This document shows, piece by piece, positions 35,616 to 46,127 of a stretch of DNA of 64,000 nt. The position numbers and the translations under genes were made by a program. The notes below the pieces were generated by a model. That model did no database searches. It was given only the letters and a program-made list of their open reading frames with translations, and was not told where the DNA came from. Source of the DNA: an uncultured Lachnospiraceae bacterium (lineage in GTDB: Bacteria > Bacillota > Clostridia > Lachnospirales > Lachnospiraceae); assembly GCA_910585625.1 (NCBI GenBank), contig CAJUFQ010000010.1, positions 21,441-85,440 of the forward strand. The letters are read 5' to 3'. The stretch's first letter is position 1. Each line of letters starts with the position of its first letter.

Positions 35616-38459
35616 ATGAGAAACGAAAACAGCAAGATCCAGATACCGAATGTTGATAAAGAATACACCCAACGGACGGCAGACGCCCTCCTCGCTTCCC
35701 TGCAGGCAGATATCATCCTGCTCAATGCCGGAGCCGGCTATGGCAAGACTCAGGCGCTGGCGAATTACGTGCGCCATTTTCCGGGAAAAAGCGCATGGTA
35801 CAGCATCAACGGCACGGACAATGACCTGATGTCGTTCATCCAGAATTTAACAGAATCCATCCAATGCGCCTTGGGAATATCCTGCTTTGATTTCCATCAA
35901 TTTGCGCCTCTCCTGGAGAATATCGACACAGCAATGGAGCAGCTTGTCGTCTGGCTGGACGAACAAGTTGATTTCATCAATGTCATCCTGGACGATTTCC
36001 AGGAAATCACGAATCCTGATATTTTCAACCTCCTGGAGATTTTAATAGAAACAATGGATAACCATATGCGCCTGTTCATTGTAGAAAAACGTTCCCAGCC
36101 GCCTTTTTTCGATAAATATATGGACAATGGACGCGCCGTCTCCCTAGGAATGGAGGAACTGCGGTTCCATCCGCAGGAAATTAGCGCCCTCCTAAAAAAT
36201 ATCGGGGAGAGCAACGAACAATGGGCGAAGGTAATCTGCGACTGCACGGAAGGATGGCCGGTAGGCGTAAGGCAGATTGTGCAGCAGCTTTGCAGCCAGA
36301 AGAAAAACGCCACCATGGAGACGCTCAAAACCATATGTGACAAGCTGGAAGCTTCCGACTACTTCATGACAAAAGTCTATCGGATGCTGCCCTATGACAT
36401 ACAGACTTTTTTAAAGAAGACTGCCGTCCTCGATTATATGACGGCCCCAATATGCAACAAAGTGGCAGGCATCCATAACTCAGAAAGCATGCTCCGTTAC
36501 CTTGTAAATGAAAACCTGTTCGTGCAGACTTTAGGAGACGTCAGCAGCCTCTGCCGCTACCACTCCATCTTCCAACGTTTCCTACTGTCCCAGACTACTT
36601 TGGAAGAACAGCAGGAAGCTTTGAGGACTGCCGCCTATTTCCTCTTAAAGACCACTGACAAAATCCAGGCGGCAGAATACGCCTGCCGCTCCGGCGACGC
36701 TGACATCGTGCAGGCAGTCATCGAAACAGTCGGGGATTCCATGCTGGAAGAACGGCTTTATGGTACCTTGGAACGATGGTTTACATTTCTTGAAACAGAA
36801 CGCTCCAGCCTCTCCCCCAAAACACGCTTCCTCTATGGCAAATACCTGATGGCGCTTGGCCAACATCAGGAAGCAGGACGGCAAATTACAGAGGCCGGAA
36901 AAGCCTTTTATGAAGAAGGGCGGCTTTCCGACTATCAGAAAGTCCTGCTGTTTGCCGCATCCGCCAAACGGAAAGCCGGGAACCCCCTGCAGGCCAATCA
37001 GTATCTGGAACAGGCAAGGCAGGAGACAGGGGCTGCCTGGGGTGAGAATGCCGCCGCCATCTGCACGGAACAAATAAAAATACAATGCTGCCTCCACCAA
37101 TTCGACGAGGCTGCCAAGCTTCTCCTGACCTATATGGGACAGGGACTCCCTGTGCAGGGGAATGAGTTCCTGTCCGCCGCAAGCCAGATCCTTCTTCCGC
37201 AAGTTCAGGCAGAAACGGCTGGCGAAACGCCAAATAACCTGCAGCTTGAAGGCGTCCCGGAAGGATTTCTTCTCAGAAACTGCATCTTAGCCGAACAGCT
37301 GAAAACGGCATACCTCTGCGGCGACTGGAATAGCACAAGGCAGGCGGCGAGAACCATCATACAAAGTTCCAGGCATGAGACGCTGCAGACTGCGGCGGCC
37401 TGGCAGATACTTGCAGTCCTCTCTTGGGACGGCGGAGATTACCGCAAAGCAATAGAGCAGTCGCAGATGGGGGCTGACTTCCTGCTGAAAAACCATGTCT
37501 GGAATCTGGAGCTTTCAGCAAAACACCGCCAGATTCTCAGCCAAATCCACTCTATCCACCAGAATATAACAGACACGCGCTGCCTGCTGCCGCAAAAAAA
37601 CGATACAAAGCTGCAAGGCACAAAAGAAACCGGAAAAATCAATATCCGCTGCATGGGCGGCTTTCTGGTCTTCCTGCCAGGCTGCAGCGGGCAGGAACTG
37701 AAATGGCGGACGAAAAAAGCACGGGAATTATTTGCCTACCTCTTCCATCTGCAGGGGCAAAGCGTCTCCCGGGAAGTCATTATAGAGCTGTTGTGGCCGG
37801 AAGCCGGGACAAAGAGCGCAATCGCCCTGTTCCACACAACACTCTACAGCATCCGCCAGTCCTTTCAGCAGGAAGGGCTTGAGGAACTGATTTCTTATGA
37901 GAAAAAAATGTATTCCCTGAACATGCAGCTTGTGGATTCCGATCTAGCCGACTTGTCCGCCTACCTGAAAGACAAAAACTTATGGGAACGCGAACCGGAA
38001 CGGATCATGCAGCTCTATCCGGGCAGCTATATGGGAAACAGCGGCTACTTATGGTCTTATGCGAAAGCAAAAGAATTAGACGACAGCTGCCTTGCGGCGC
38101 TTAAGCGCGGGGCGGATACGCGGGCATCCCAGGACAGATTCGAAGATGCCATTCCTTTTTTACAAAGAATGCTTGAGGCAGACCCCTATAATGAAGAAAC
38201 CGTCTCACGGCTCATATCCTGCCTATACGAAAGCGGCAGGCAGTCGGAAGCAAAACAGCAATACGACCATATGCAGAAACTGTACCAAGAAGATCTGGAA
38301 CTGGATTTCAGCCGCAGCTTTAAAGAAATCGTAGAAAGGAGCCATGCATGGAAAACTACCGCAGTTACCGGGAATTTCTCGACGACATACGCATCTGGGG
38401 AGCCAATGCCTGCGGGCAGGAAAAAGGCTTTGACCCCGCAAAAAATTGGGACAAAATGA
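35616..38459 (+). CDS. MalT-like STAND NTPase with TPR and C-terminal SARP (wHTH + BTAD) regulator domain
   Basis: AGAGYGKT, ILDDFQ, TEGWP, YHSIF; W.TKKARELFAYL, SRE.I.E.LWP, DPYNEE; AGGAGG RBS before ATG 35616. Confidence 0.85.
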   Translation: MRNENSKIQIPNVDKEYTQRTADALLASLQADIILLNAGAGYGKTQALANYVRHFPGKSAWYSINGTDNDLMSFIQNLTESIQCALGISCFDFHQFAPLLENIDTAMEQLVVWLDEQVDFINVILDDFQEITNPDIFNLLEILIETMDNHMRLFIVEKRSQPPFFDKYMDNGRAVSLGMEELRFHPQEISALLKNIGESNEQWAKVICDCTEGWPVGVRQIVQQLCSQKKNATMETLKTICDKLEASDYFMTKVYRMLPYDIQTFLKKTAVLDYMTAPICNKVAGIHNSESMLRYLVNENLFVQTLGDVSSLCRYHSIFQRFLLSQTTLEEQQEALRTAAYFLLKTTDKIQAAEYACRSGDADIVQAVIETVGDSMLEERLYGTLERWFTFLETERSSLSPKTRFLYGKYLMALGQHQEAGRQITEAGKAFYEEGRLSDYQKVLLFAASAKRKAGNPLQANQYLEQARQETGAAWGENAAAICTEQIKIQCCLHQFDEAAKLLLTYMGQGLPVQGNEFLSAASQILLPQVQAETAGETPNNLQLEGVPEGFLLRNCILAEQLKTAYLCGDWNSTRQAARTIIQSSRHETLQTAAAWQILAVLSWDGGDYRKAIEQSQMGADFLLKNHVWNLELSAKHRQILSQIHSIHQNITDTRCLLPQKNDTKLQGTKETGKINIRCMGGFLVFLPGCSGQELKWRTKKARELFAYLFHLQGQSVSREVIIELLWPEAGTKSAIALFHTTLYSIRQSFQQEGLEELISYEKKMYSLNMQLVDSDLADLSAYLKDKNLWEREPERIMQLYPGSYMGNSGYLWSYAKAKELDDSCLAALKRGADTRASQDRFEDAIPFLQRMLEADPYNEETVSRLISCLYESGRQSEAKQQYDHMQKLYQEDLELDFSRSFKEIVERSHAWKTTAVTGNFSTTYASGEPMPAGRKKALTPQKIGTK

Positions 38460-40261
38460 TTGCCAAAGCTGCACAGAGCGCAGACCAGGGCGTATTCTCA
38501 CCTTTCTTATACATCTCCCTTGCCGCCCGCCTCGAACGGGAAAGCATGATGCTTCTGGCAGCAGCCTTCTACGCCGGGATGCAGGGAGAATGCTTGCGCT
38601 ACCCTGACTGGGAACTGTTTTTCGCCGGCGAGGGAAACGGATTCCCCGGAGCGGAACTCTTCTTCCAGCCGCCTCCCCTGCTGTTTGAAGCAGAAGGGAC
38701 ACGGGATACGGCAACCCCCGGCCTCCAAATTGCCCCAAGGCTATATCTCTTTCTATGCGGAGCCATCCTCGACCCCCAGCCGCTTCCGGGAATGCGCTGG
38801 TACTCCCAGCCCGGACAACCGCTGCCCGCGCTGGGGGCAACAGCCTGCCGGCATAGCAGGATTGCGCATTGCCTGCAGAAAATCCCAGGCAGGAAACTGG
38901 TATATCTGCAAGGCGAAAAAGGGTGCGGCAGGAAACTCAACTATGCCTCCCTTGCCGCGCAATGCCACATGGGCCTCGCCGTCATCCCTTATGAAACGCT
39001 GGAATCCGAAAGACACCTCCGGGAAATACGCCTGGAATGCCTCATAAGCCGTTTCATGTTCGCCATAGAGCTGAATGGGGAGGTGGAAAATCTGCAGCTT
39101 CTTCTGCACTGGCTGAGGGACGAAGAAACTGTATTTCTCCTGGGCGGACAGAAAGAGATACCCTTTGATAACCTCATGGGACGCCAGTACCTTCCTTTTT
39201 CCATCTCCTCAGAGGACGTCCTTATGGACAAAGAACTGTTTGCCTCCCTCACCCTTGCCTATCCCTGGGACAACGAGACATTACGGAAAGATTTCCTCAA
39301 CAGATACAATTTCCTTCCAGGCAGGGTACGTGAAATCTTAGAGCTTGCGGCCTCTTATTCTCAGAGCAGCGGGGAAAGATACATCACGGACGCCCATTTA
39401 AAACGGGCCGTGCTTAGAGCCTCCTCCCATTCGCTGGACAAATATGCCAAGAAAATCAAAGGCATCTACCAGATGGAGGACTTAATCCTGCCGGACATGC
39501 CCAAGCAAAAGCTTTCCCATATCATCCACCGCATCCGTAACCGTAAGCTGGTCTATGAAGAGTGGGGTTTTAAGGAAAAATCGCCTTATGGCAACGGCGT
39601 GTCCATGGTTTTTGCCGGGCCGCCCGGCACAGGCAAGACAATGGCCGCGCAAGTAATGGCGGCGGAACTTGGCATGGAGCTATACCGGGTGGAGCTGCCA
39701 GCCATCGTGGACAAATATATCGGGGAAACGGAAAAGAAACTCAACCGCATTTTCAGCGAAGCAGAAAAGAGCATGGCCATCCTCTTCTTTGACGAAGCAG
39801 ACGTACTGTTCTCTAAACGGACGGAAATCAAAGAATCCAACGATAAGTACAGCAACATGGAAATAGCCTTCCTGCTGCAGAAAATGGAGGAATACGATGG
39901 CGTAAGCATCCTCGCAACCAATTATCTGCAAAATTTCGACAGCGCATTCCGGCGCAGGATCAGCGATATCATAGACTTCCCGCTGCCCGACTCCGGCTTG
40001 CGCCTTAAGATGTGGCAATCCATGCACCCGCCCAGGCTTCCGCTGTCAGACGAGATTGATTACCGCTTTCTTGCCCGGCAGTTTGAAGTTTCGGGAAGCG
40101 TAATCAAAAACACGCTGATTTACGCCAGTTTCCTTGCCGCCGAGGCAGGAGAGCCGCTGCTTACCATGCAAAGAATATTGAAAGGGCTTAGCCACGAGCT
40201 GGAAAAGAGCGGTAAAAAACTCAGCCGTGGCGACTATGGAGAATATGGACATTTATTTTAG
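38348..40261 (+). CDS. Second Afp15/Pvc15-like AAA+ ATPase
   Basis: GPPGTGKT, DKYIGET, LFFDEAD, LLQKMEEYDG; AAGGAG RBS; overlaps the regulator 3' end by 112 bp. Confidence 0.88.
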   Translation: MENYRSYREFLDDIRIWGANACGQEKGFDPAKNWDKMIAKAAQSADQGVFSPFLYISLAARLERESMMLLAAAFYAGMQGECLRYPDWELFFAGEGNGFPGAELFFQPPPLLFEAEGTRDTATPGLQIAPRLYLFLCGAILDPQPLPGMRWYSQPGQPLPALGATACRHSRIAHCLQKIPGRKLVYLQGEKGCGRKLNYASLAAQCHMGLAVIPYETLESERHLREIRLECLISRFMFAIELNGEVENLQLLLHWLRDEETVFLLGGQKEIPFDNLMGRQYLPFSISSEDVLMDKELFASLTLAYPWDNETLRKDFLNRYNFLPGRVREILELAASYSQSSGERYITDAHLKRAVLRASSHSLDKYAKKIKGIYQMEDLILPDMPKQKLSHIIHRIRNRKLVYEEWGFKEKSPYGNGVSMVFAGPPGTGKTMAAQVMAAELGMELYRVELPAIVDKYIGETEKKLNRIFSEAEKSMAILFFDEADVLFSKRTEIKESNDKYSNMEIAFLLQKMEEYDGVSILATNYLQNFDSAFRRRISDIIDFPLPDSGLRLKMWQSMHPPRLPLSDEIDYRFLARQFEVSGSVIKNTLIYASFLAAEAGEPLLTMQRILKGLSHELEKSGKKLSRGDYGEYGHLF

Positions 40262-41153
40262 GGACAACGCAAAGAAAAAACGCTGGGAATCCGGCCAGTC
40301 TATCCTGCACAGGGAAAACCATGAAACAGCAAAAGAAGGGCAGGAACAGAAAACGTATGGACTGAGAAATTCCTACGGCAGCCTGCGCTACCTGAATAAG
40401 GATAAAAAAGACCCTACGCAGAAGGAAGGGTTCGCACTGGAGGCATTTGAAGCTGCCGGTACCCCGCTGCACACAGAAAAAGAAAAGCACATTGACCGCG
40501 CCTCCATGAAAAAAATCAGCCATGGCGACAAAAAAACCCTGTTTGCATCGGAACTGCCGCTGCGCAACCAGGCAATTTTTTACGAAGTTTCCGGCAGCAA
40601 AAAAAGCAATTCGTTCCTCAAATGCATGAAAGAGCTTGTCCGCCAGCGCGGGCACCAGACGCTGCAAGACGCTTTCGGTTTCTTAGAGCAAGAGCCGGAA
40701 CGCCTGGAGCTGGAAGCCCTGAAAGAAACACAGCAGGAACTTGTTCCCGGAACGAAAAGCGGCAATCTGGAACCACTCTCCCAAGAAGAAAAAAAAGACA
40801 GGCAGGACGGGCTTTCTTTGGCAGAATTTGACGAAAAAAACAAACGCATTGACAGCCTGGGCAGCAGGCTTCTAAAAAAAGAAGCCAAAGAACGGCAGCT
40901 GTGCAGCGAGCTGCAGACGATGCTGACGCAGCACGCCAAAGAAAAACCTTCGAAAGAACGGCAGCTGGGTACGCAAGCAGAGCATCTGCCGGAATCCAGG
41001 GAAAAACAGCGGGACGCTAAAAGAAAAAAAGCCTCCGGCAGCAACCAAAGAAGGCAGATTCCGTCCGACAACAGAGCTGCGCAGACTCCGCCGGCTGGCG
41101 GTTCTGCTACGGATTCCGGCGAAGAATTCCCAACCGCTGCAGAAGAAGAATAA
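40227..41153 (+). CDS. Charged hypothetical protein
   Basis: 308-aa ORF overlapping the ATPase stop; K/E/Q-rich. Confidence 0.6.
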   Translation: MATMENMDIYFRDNAKKKRWESGQSILHRENHETAKEGQEQKTYGLRNSYGSLRYLNKDKKDPTQKEGFALEAFEAAGTPLHTEKEKHIDRASMKKISHGDKKTLFASELPLRNQAIFYEVSGSKKSNSFLKCMKELVRQRGHQTLQDAFGFLEQEPERLELEALKETQQELVPGTKSGNLEPLSQEEKKDRQDGLSLAEFDEKNKRIDSLGSRLLKKEAKERQLCSELQTMLTQHAKEKPSKERQLGTQAEHLPESREKQRDAKRKKASGSNQRRQIPSDNRAAQTPPAGGSATDSGEEFPTAAEEE

Positions 41154-41281
41154 TCTTGAAAATACAGACTAATCGTGTTAGAATTTTTCGTGGATAACAG
41201 AAGATGGTTACACTCTTCCAGTAAAGGGATTTTAAGAGTTACCAAGACTTGAATCAGATTTTTTACTGCAGGAGGATTCTC

Positions 41282-43139
41282 ATGAAATTTCTAGCTAATC
41301 GCAAACTTGCTACTCGTATCAGCATCATTACCACAGTAATTATTTTTGCAGACATGCTGCTGCTCTGGCTCACAGTATCTGACCGTGCTGCTTCGATGGT
41401 TGAGCGAAATATTATGAACCAGATGATTGACGCAGTGGAATCCAGAGCGGCCATAATCAACGATTATGTGGCTTCCGCGGAAGAATATATGGCCGCCTTC
41501 GCACTGGGCAACGAGGTCCATGATTTGCTCTCTGACCCCGAGAATCCCGCTCTTCTTCAAGAGGGGCAGAAATACACAGAAGAATTCGCCGCCGTCAAAG
41601 GCATCTTCGAAGGGCTGTATATCAGTACCCCGGATACATATGTTCTAACGCATACTTCCCCAAAAGCAATCGGCATCACCACCCGTGAAGGGAAGTCTTT
41701 GGATGAGTTCCGCAAAACCATCCTTGCCAAACCGAAGCTGACAAACCTGGGCATCATGAAATCCCCTGGAACCGGAAGCATGATTATTTCCATGTATTAT
41801 CCGCTTTTTGAAAATAACGAATGCATCGGCTATGTAGGCGCCGGCGTCTTTGCCAGCCGTCTGATGGATTCGTTGCTGAACCTTGATATCCAGGGACTGC
41901 CTCACAGCGAATATGTATTCCTGAATGTGGAATCCGGCACATATCTGTACCATGAAGATGAGTCCCTGTTAAACACTGAAACAACCGACAGCGGTTATAA
42001 GAAAATCATCGACAAAATTAAGGCCGACGGCAACACGGAGGCAGGCACATATTCCTATAAGGATGACAACGGCGTAGAACAGTTAGTCGTCTACAAGTAC
42101 CTGGAAAACCGCAACTGGGTCTTCATGGTTCGTGACAATACGTCAGAAGTCTATGGCAGCGTGTCGGAAGTACGCGATACGGTCGGCCTTTTATGCGCAG
42201 CCGTAGCTGCCTTCATCATCCTGATTACCCTGCTGATTCTTTTCCGTGAAGGCCGGGAACTCATGGTTCTGGAAAAATCCATTCGCCGTCTCGGCAATCT
42301 GGAACTTTCTGCCGACCAGGAATTGAAACCTTTCTACGGAAGAAAAGATGAGATTGGCATGATTGCGCAGACCATCCATCTAGTCTGTGAGTGCCTGCGG
42401 AAGACAATCGATGATATCGGCAGGATATTAGGTGAGATGGCAAACGGCAACATTGCCGTCGATGTTGAAATAACAGAAATCCTCGATTGACGGGCTTGTT
42501 TCCAATGTCACGGACATCAGCGAGCAAATCCAAAACAACACGGCACGCCGCAACGACGCCAGCGACCTGGTTGACCGTGCGACTGGCTATGCCGCTGAAG
42601 CCGGCACCAAGATGGAGCAGCTGATTAACGCCACCAGGAACCTCGACCATTCTTCCGGGCAGATCGGCAGCATCATAAGGACCATTGAGGATATTGCTTT
42701 CCAGACAAATATCATCGCTCTGAACGCTTCCGTGGAAGCCACCCACGCAGGCGAAGCCGGAAAAGGCTTTTCCGTTGTCTCCGGTGAAGTGAGAGACCTT
42801 GCAGCCAAATCTGCAGAAGCAGCACGGACGACAAGCACGCTTATCGGACGTTCCATCCATGACATCAAAACCGGCACGGAATCCACAGACCTCGCTATTT
42901 CTGCGATGCAAATCATCAATGAATGCATCCAGTCCATCAAAGTGCTGATGGATGAGATTTCGCTCGCCAGCGTACAGCAGTCAGAAATGATGGTTTCTGT
43001 GGAAAATCGGATTCGGGAGGTCTCCAAAGTCATCGAGTCCAACTCGGCTGCCGCCGAAGAAAGCGCGTCCATCTCCAATGAACTTTCCAACCAGGCAAAG
43101 ACTCTGAATCAACTGATTGGCCAGTTCCGCATACAGTAG
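41282..43139 (+). pseudogene. Methyl-accepting chemotaxis protein disrupted by internal deletion/frameshift
   Basis: TM-Cache-TM-HAMP part stops at 42490; signalling part ([28 protein letters not shown]) is in another frame from ~42475. Confidence 0.8.
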
Positions 43140-43165
43140 CAAAATAAAATATATTCTTTCAGGCA

Positions 43166-43201
43166 ATAAGCCAGGATCTGCGTTTCACAGTCCTGGCTTA
43201 T
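43166..43201. terminator. Probable bidirectional intrinsic terminator
   Basis: ATAAGCCAGGA / TCCTGGCTTAT stem between convergent genes. Confidence 0.75.
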
Positions 43202-43242
43202 ATTTTCATCATTTCCTTTCAGCAGTTACCGGCCTACTCCTC

Positions 43243-45420
43243 TTACTTTTTGATGGTAATCTGAATCTTTACGTTTTTGCCCGTGCCGTCGGTAGAGCTG
43301 GCAGTTATCGTCACTTTTCCTGTCTTTCCTTTCTTCGTAGTGACAACGCCATTTTTCACAGTTGCCAGCTTTTCATTGGACGACGTATAGGATAACGCCT
43401 TATTCGCATTCTTGCCATCTGCCTTAACCGTCGGCTTGATGGTAACTTTCTTGCCCGCTTTTACCGTAAGCGATTTCTTCTTCACCGTAATCTTGGTAAC
43501 GGCATCCTCCATGATCCTAATCTTGACTGTCTGCGTCTTGCCGCTCCCATCCGTAGCCGCAGCCTTAACAGTTATGGTCTTGCCCGCCCCATTTTTCTTA
43601 ACGGTCACTACGCCGGACTTTATGGATGCATACTTACCAGACTTCTTATCTACCGAATAGGCCAGTTTGCGGTTATCCGCATGTTTGGGTAAAGCGGTGA
43701 ACACCTTCTTTAAATCAAGCTTCTTGCCTGCCGCAATCTTGTAATTCTTCGCTGCACGCCCGATAGATTTCACCTTTACCGCCAATTCCTCTTTCGCAAC
43801 CAATGTAATCTCCAGGCTCTTCTCTGCAGCTTCCACCTCTGTTTTCGTCGCGTTTGCCTCGATCAGCACTGCCTCTGCCTCTTTCAGCACACGTTCTGCC
43901 TCATCCCAATTCGTATAATCCGCCTTATGCTCTTCTTTCTCCGCAAGATCTTGCTTAAGCTTGTCAACAGCGGCTTTCAGGTTCTTTATGCTGACAAGGT
44001 TCCCTTCCGCCGTATCCAATGCCTGCTCCGCCGCGCCAACGTCTTCCTGGCTTGCGGTCGCGGAAGCGCTAATCTCTCTCGCGTTGCCTAATGCATCTTG
44101 CAGCATACCAAAGCTTCCAGAGGTATAATCCTCTGCCTGCAGAGCCTCTGCTTTCTGTATCTTTTCGTCCAGCGACGTCTTGTCAGCCGGCTTTACATAG
44201 GCATAATACGCGCGGTAGGTCACCGTATCGCCTTCTTTCGCCGTCACAGAACCGACTTTTTCCTCTCCATTGTACCAGCCGGATTGCTCAGTATCCAAGG
44301 TATAGCGTTGCCCGTCTTTGACAATCTCCGCATCAGCCTGTCCTGACATGGTTCCCGGCAGCTCTTTTGTAACAATATCGTCGCTCTCCTTCACATAATC
44401 CGCTGCATCCTGCGCCTTGAAATAGATTTCCTGTTTCTTAGTGGCATAACCGGAAATCCAGCTGATTTTATGATTTACCAATCGGTAACTGCCGCGGACA
44501 GCTGCGAAATTCTTGACAACGCCGTCCTTGGGGTAGATACGGAAGCCATTGCCGCCTGGTATCGTAACCTCATGCTCAATACCTTCCGGGTCTGTGATGA
44601 ACACTTTATAATTGCCTTTCGTCGTATCGGTAAGGGTGTCCATCACGACACGCACGCGGTAAGGATGAATCTCGTCAAACGGCAGCGTAGGAATCGGCTT
44701 GTTGTTTGCCAGCGCGTCATCCAACTCAGCATTTGTCGGATAATACACGGCTTTGCTCTTATCCTGGCCATCGCCGTTCTGGGTCTGGAAATATGTCACA
44801 TCATTATAACCATACTTAAACTGAAGCCTGGCTCCATTATCCCAGCAATTCCCGGAGTCAAATGCCTGGCCGTCGTTCGTTTTTTCCGGCAGATATATCA
44901 CTGCCCTGTCATGCGTGGATTTTACTTCATCGGGCATGATGTCATATTCTGCCACAAAGAGGCCTCTATAGCCACGCAAAGGATGTACTGCCGCTGTCAC
45001 GCCGTCCGATGCTCCTGTTGCCGACGCATCCGCCACCTCTTCATCGCAGGGCAGCACATTGACAGTCACCGTAATCTGTCTCCCGCCTGCTGTCCCTGTC
45101 ACGGTATGCTCCCCGGCAGCCAGGCTTTTGTCCCAATCAGCCCACTGTATTTCTGCCGCAGCCATTGTCCCATTCTCTAACGTTACGTTAGCCTTCTTGG
45201 GAAGGACTGGCGCGTTGCCTTTTATCACCGTATATTCTTTGGCGGTAATCTCAGACACATCCAACGCAGACGCCCTCGCATCGCCTGCCTGCTGCAAAAT
45301 GGAAGGATCGTTCACATCCTCCTGCCCTGCTGCAAATGACGCCTGCGCCGGTAGCAGCGTCACTGTCATCGCGGCAGCCAGAATAAATGAATTTGCCTTT
45401 CTGAAAAAATTTTTTACCAT
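43243..45420 (-). CDS. Secreted/surface protein with Ig-like and FIVAR-like domains
   Basis: Signal peptide; LP....V.....I.W Ig motif; DKTSL..I..AE...DYT..S FIVAR; C-terminal Ig-like repeats (YTSSN..ATV..G). Confidence 0.75.
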   Translation of the reverse strand: MVKNFFRKANSFILAAAMTVTLLPAQASFAAGQEDVNDPSILQQAGDARASALDVSEITAKEYTVIKGNAPVLPKKANVTLENGTMAAAEIQWADWDKSLAAGEHTVTGTAGGRQITVTVNVLPCDEEVADASATGASDGVTAAVHPLRGYRGLFVAEYDIMPDEVKSTHDRAVIYLPEKTNDGQAFDSGNCWDNGARLQFKYGYNDVTYFQTQNGDGQDKSKAVYYPTNAELDDALANNKPIPTLPFDEIHPYRVRVVMDTLTDTTKGNYKVFITDPEGIEHEVTIPGGNGFRIYPKDGVVKNFAAVRGSYRLVNHKISWISGYATKKQEIYFKAQDAADYVKESDDIVTKELPGTMSGQADAEIVKDGQRYTLDTEQSGWYNGEEKVGSVTAKEGDTVTYRAYYAYVKPADKTSLDEKIQKAEALQAEDYTSGSFGMLQDALGNAREISASATASQEDVGAAEQALDTAEGNLVSIKNLKAAVDKLKQDLAEKEEHKADYTNWDEAERVLKEAEAVLIEANATKTEVEAAEKSLEITLVAKEELAVKVKSIGRAAKNYKIAAGKKLDLKKVFTALPKHADNRKLAYSVDKKSGKYASIKSGVVTVKKNGAGKTITVKAAATDGSGKTQTVKIRIMEDAVTKITVKKKSLTVKAGKKVTIKPTVKADGKNANKALSYTSSNEKLATVKNGVVTTKKGKTGKVTITASSTDGTGKNVKIQITIKK

Positions 45421-45685
45421 TTTCTTCCTCCCTTTCTTGTAATTTATTTGCTAAAAAGATGCATTAATTATAACACAGAAAATAGTGGTAAGACAATCGG
45501 TACATCCTTTGAATTTCCCCATTTTCTTGCTGAACCTATATATCATGCTGACTATATAATGAGGAAGCCATATATACATTGCCTTATCAAAAACATTCCC
45601 ATATTTTCTTATAGATTGCCTTGCACTTATGTCCGAACGTCCGTTTTGCAACCCGGAAGGTTCCACACATGCCTGATTCCACATC

Positions 45686-46126
45686 CTAGGCAAAACTCCC
45701 GGAACGGTAGTCGTGAAACAAAAATACACCCTCCTTATCAGCATGCCGGGTATACCAGATTTCTCCGTTTGTGGTACTGTCGCCATTGCACCCTACGCTG
45801 CTTCCATCTGAAGTATTGACGTCATAAGAAAGACCCTGTACATGAATCGACAGCCTGCGGTTCAAAGAGTTTCGGAACCGGACTTTCACAGTATCTCCCA
45901 GATTGGCGCGAATCACTAACGGCCGTACTTCCTCATAGGGCTGCGGTATCTCCATCTCAAATCTTTGACGTGCTTCTCTCTGAATCCGTTCTGCGTCTTC
46001 CTCCAGCACATAGAGCAGTCCATCCGGGTCATAGTCCCCGTACCGGTTATACACAATAGGTATCTGTATCGCCTCGATAGAAAAAGTCCTGACATTTCCC
46101 ATCGTAGGATATTTGCATAAATCCAT
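45686..46126 (-). pseudogene. Truncated N-terminal fragment of a large multicopper oxidase (MnxG-like)
   Basis: IVYN..GD.DP.G, PLVIRAN.GD...V.F.N, SIHVQG, FLFHD, then an abrupt stop. Confidence 0.7.
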
Positions 46127-46127
46127 C

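Noticed and set aside
35423..35777. Minus-strand 100- and 114-aa ORFs upstream of the sheath
   Set aside because: Overlap the regulator start and promoter; no RBS or motifs.
4501..41153. Canonical T6SS
   Set aside because: No TssJLM, TssK, ClpV or split TssB/C sheath recognised.
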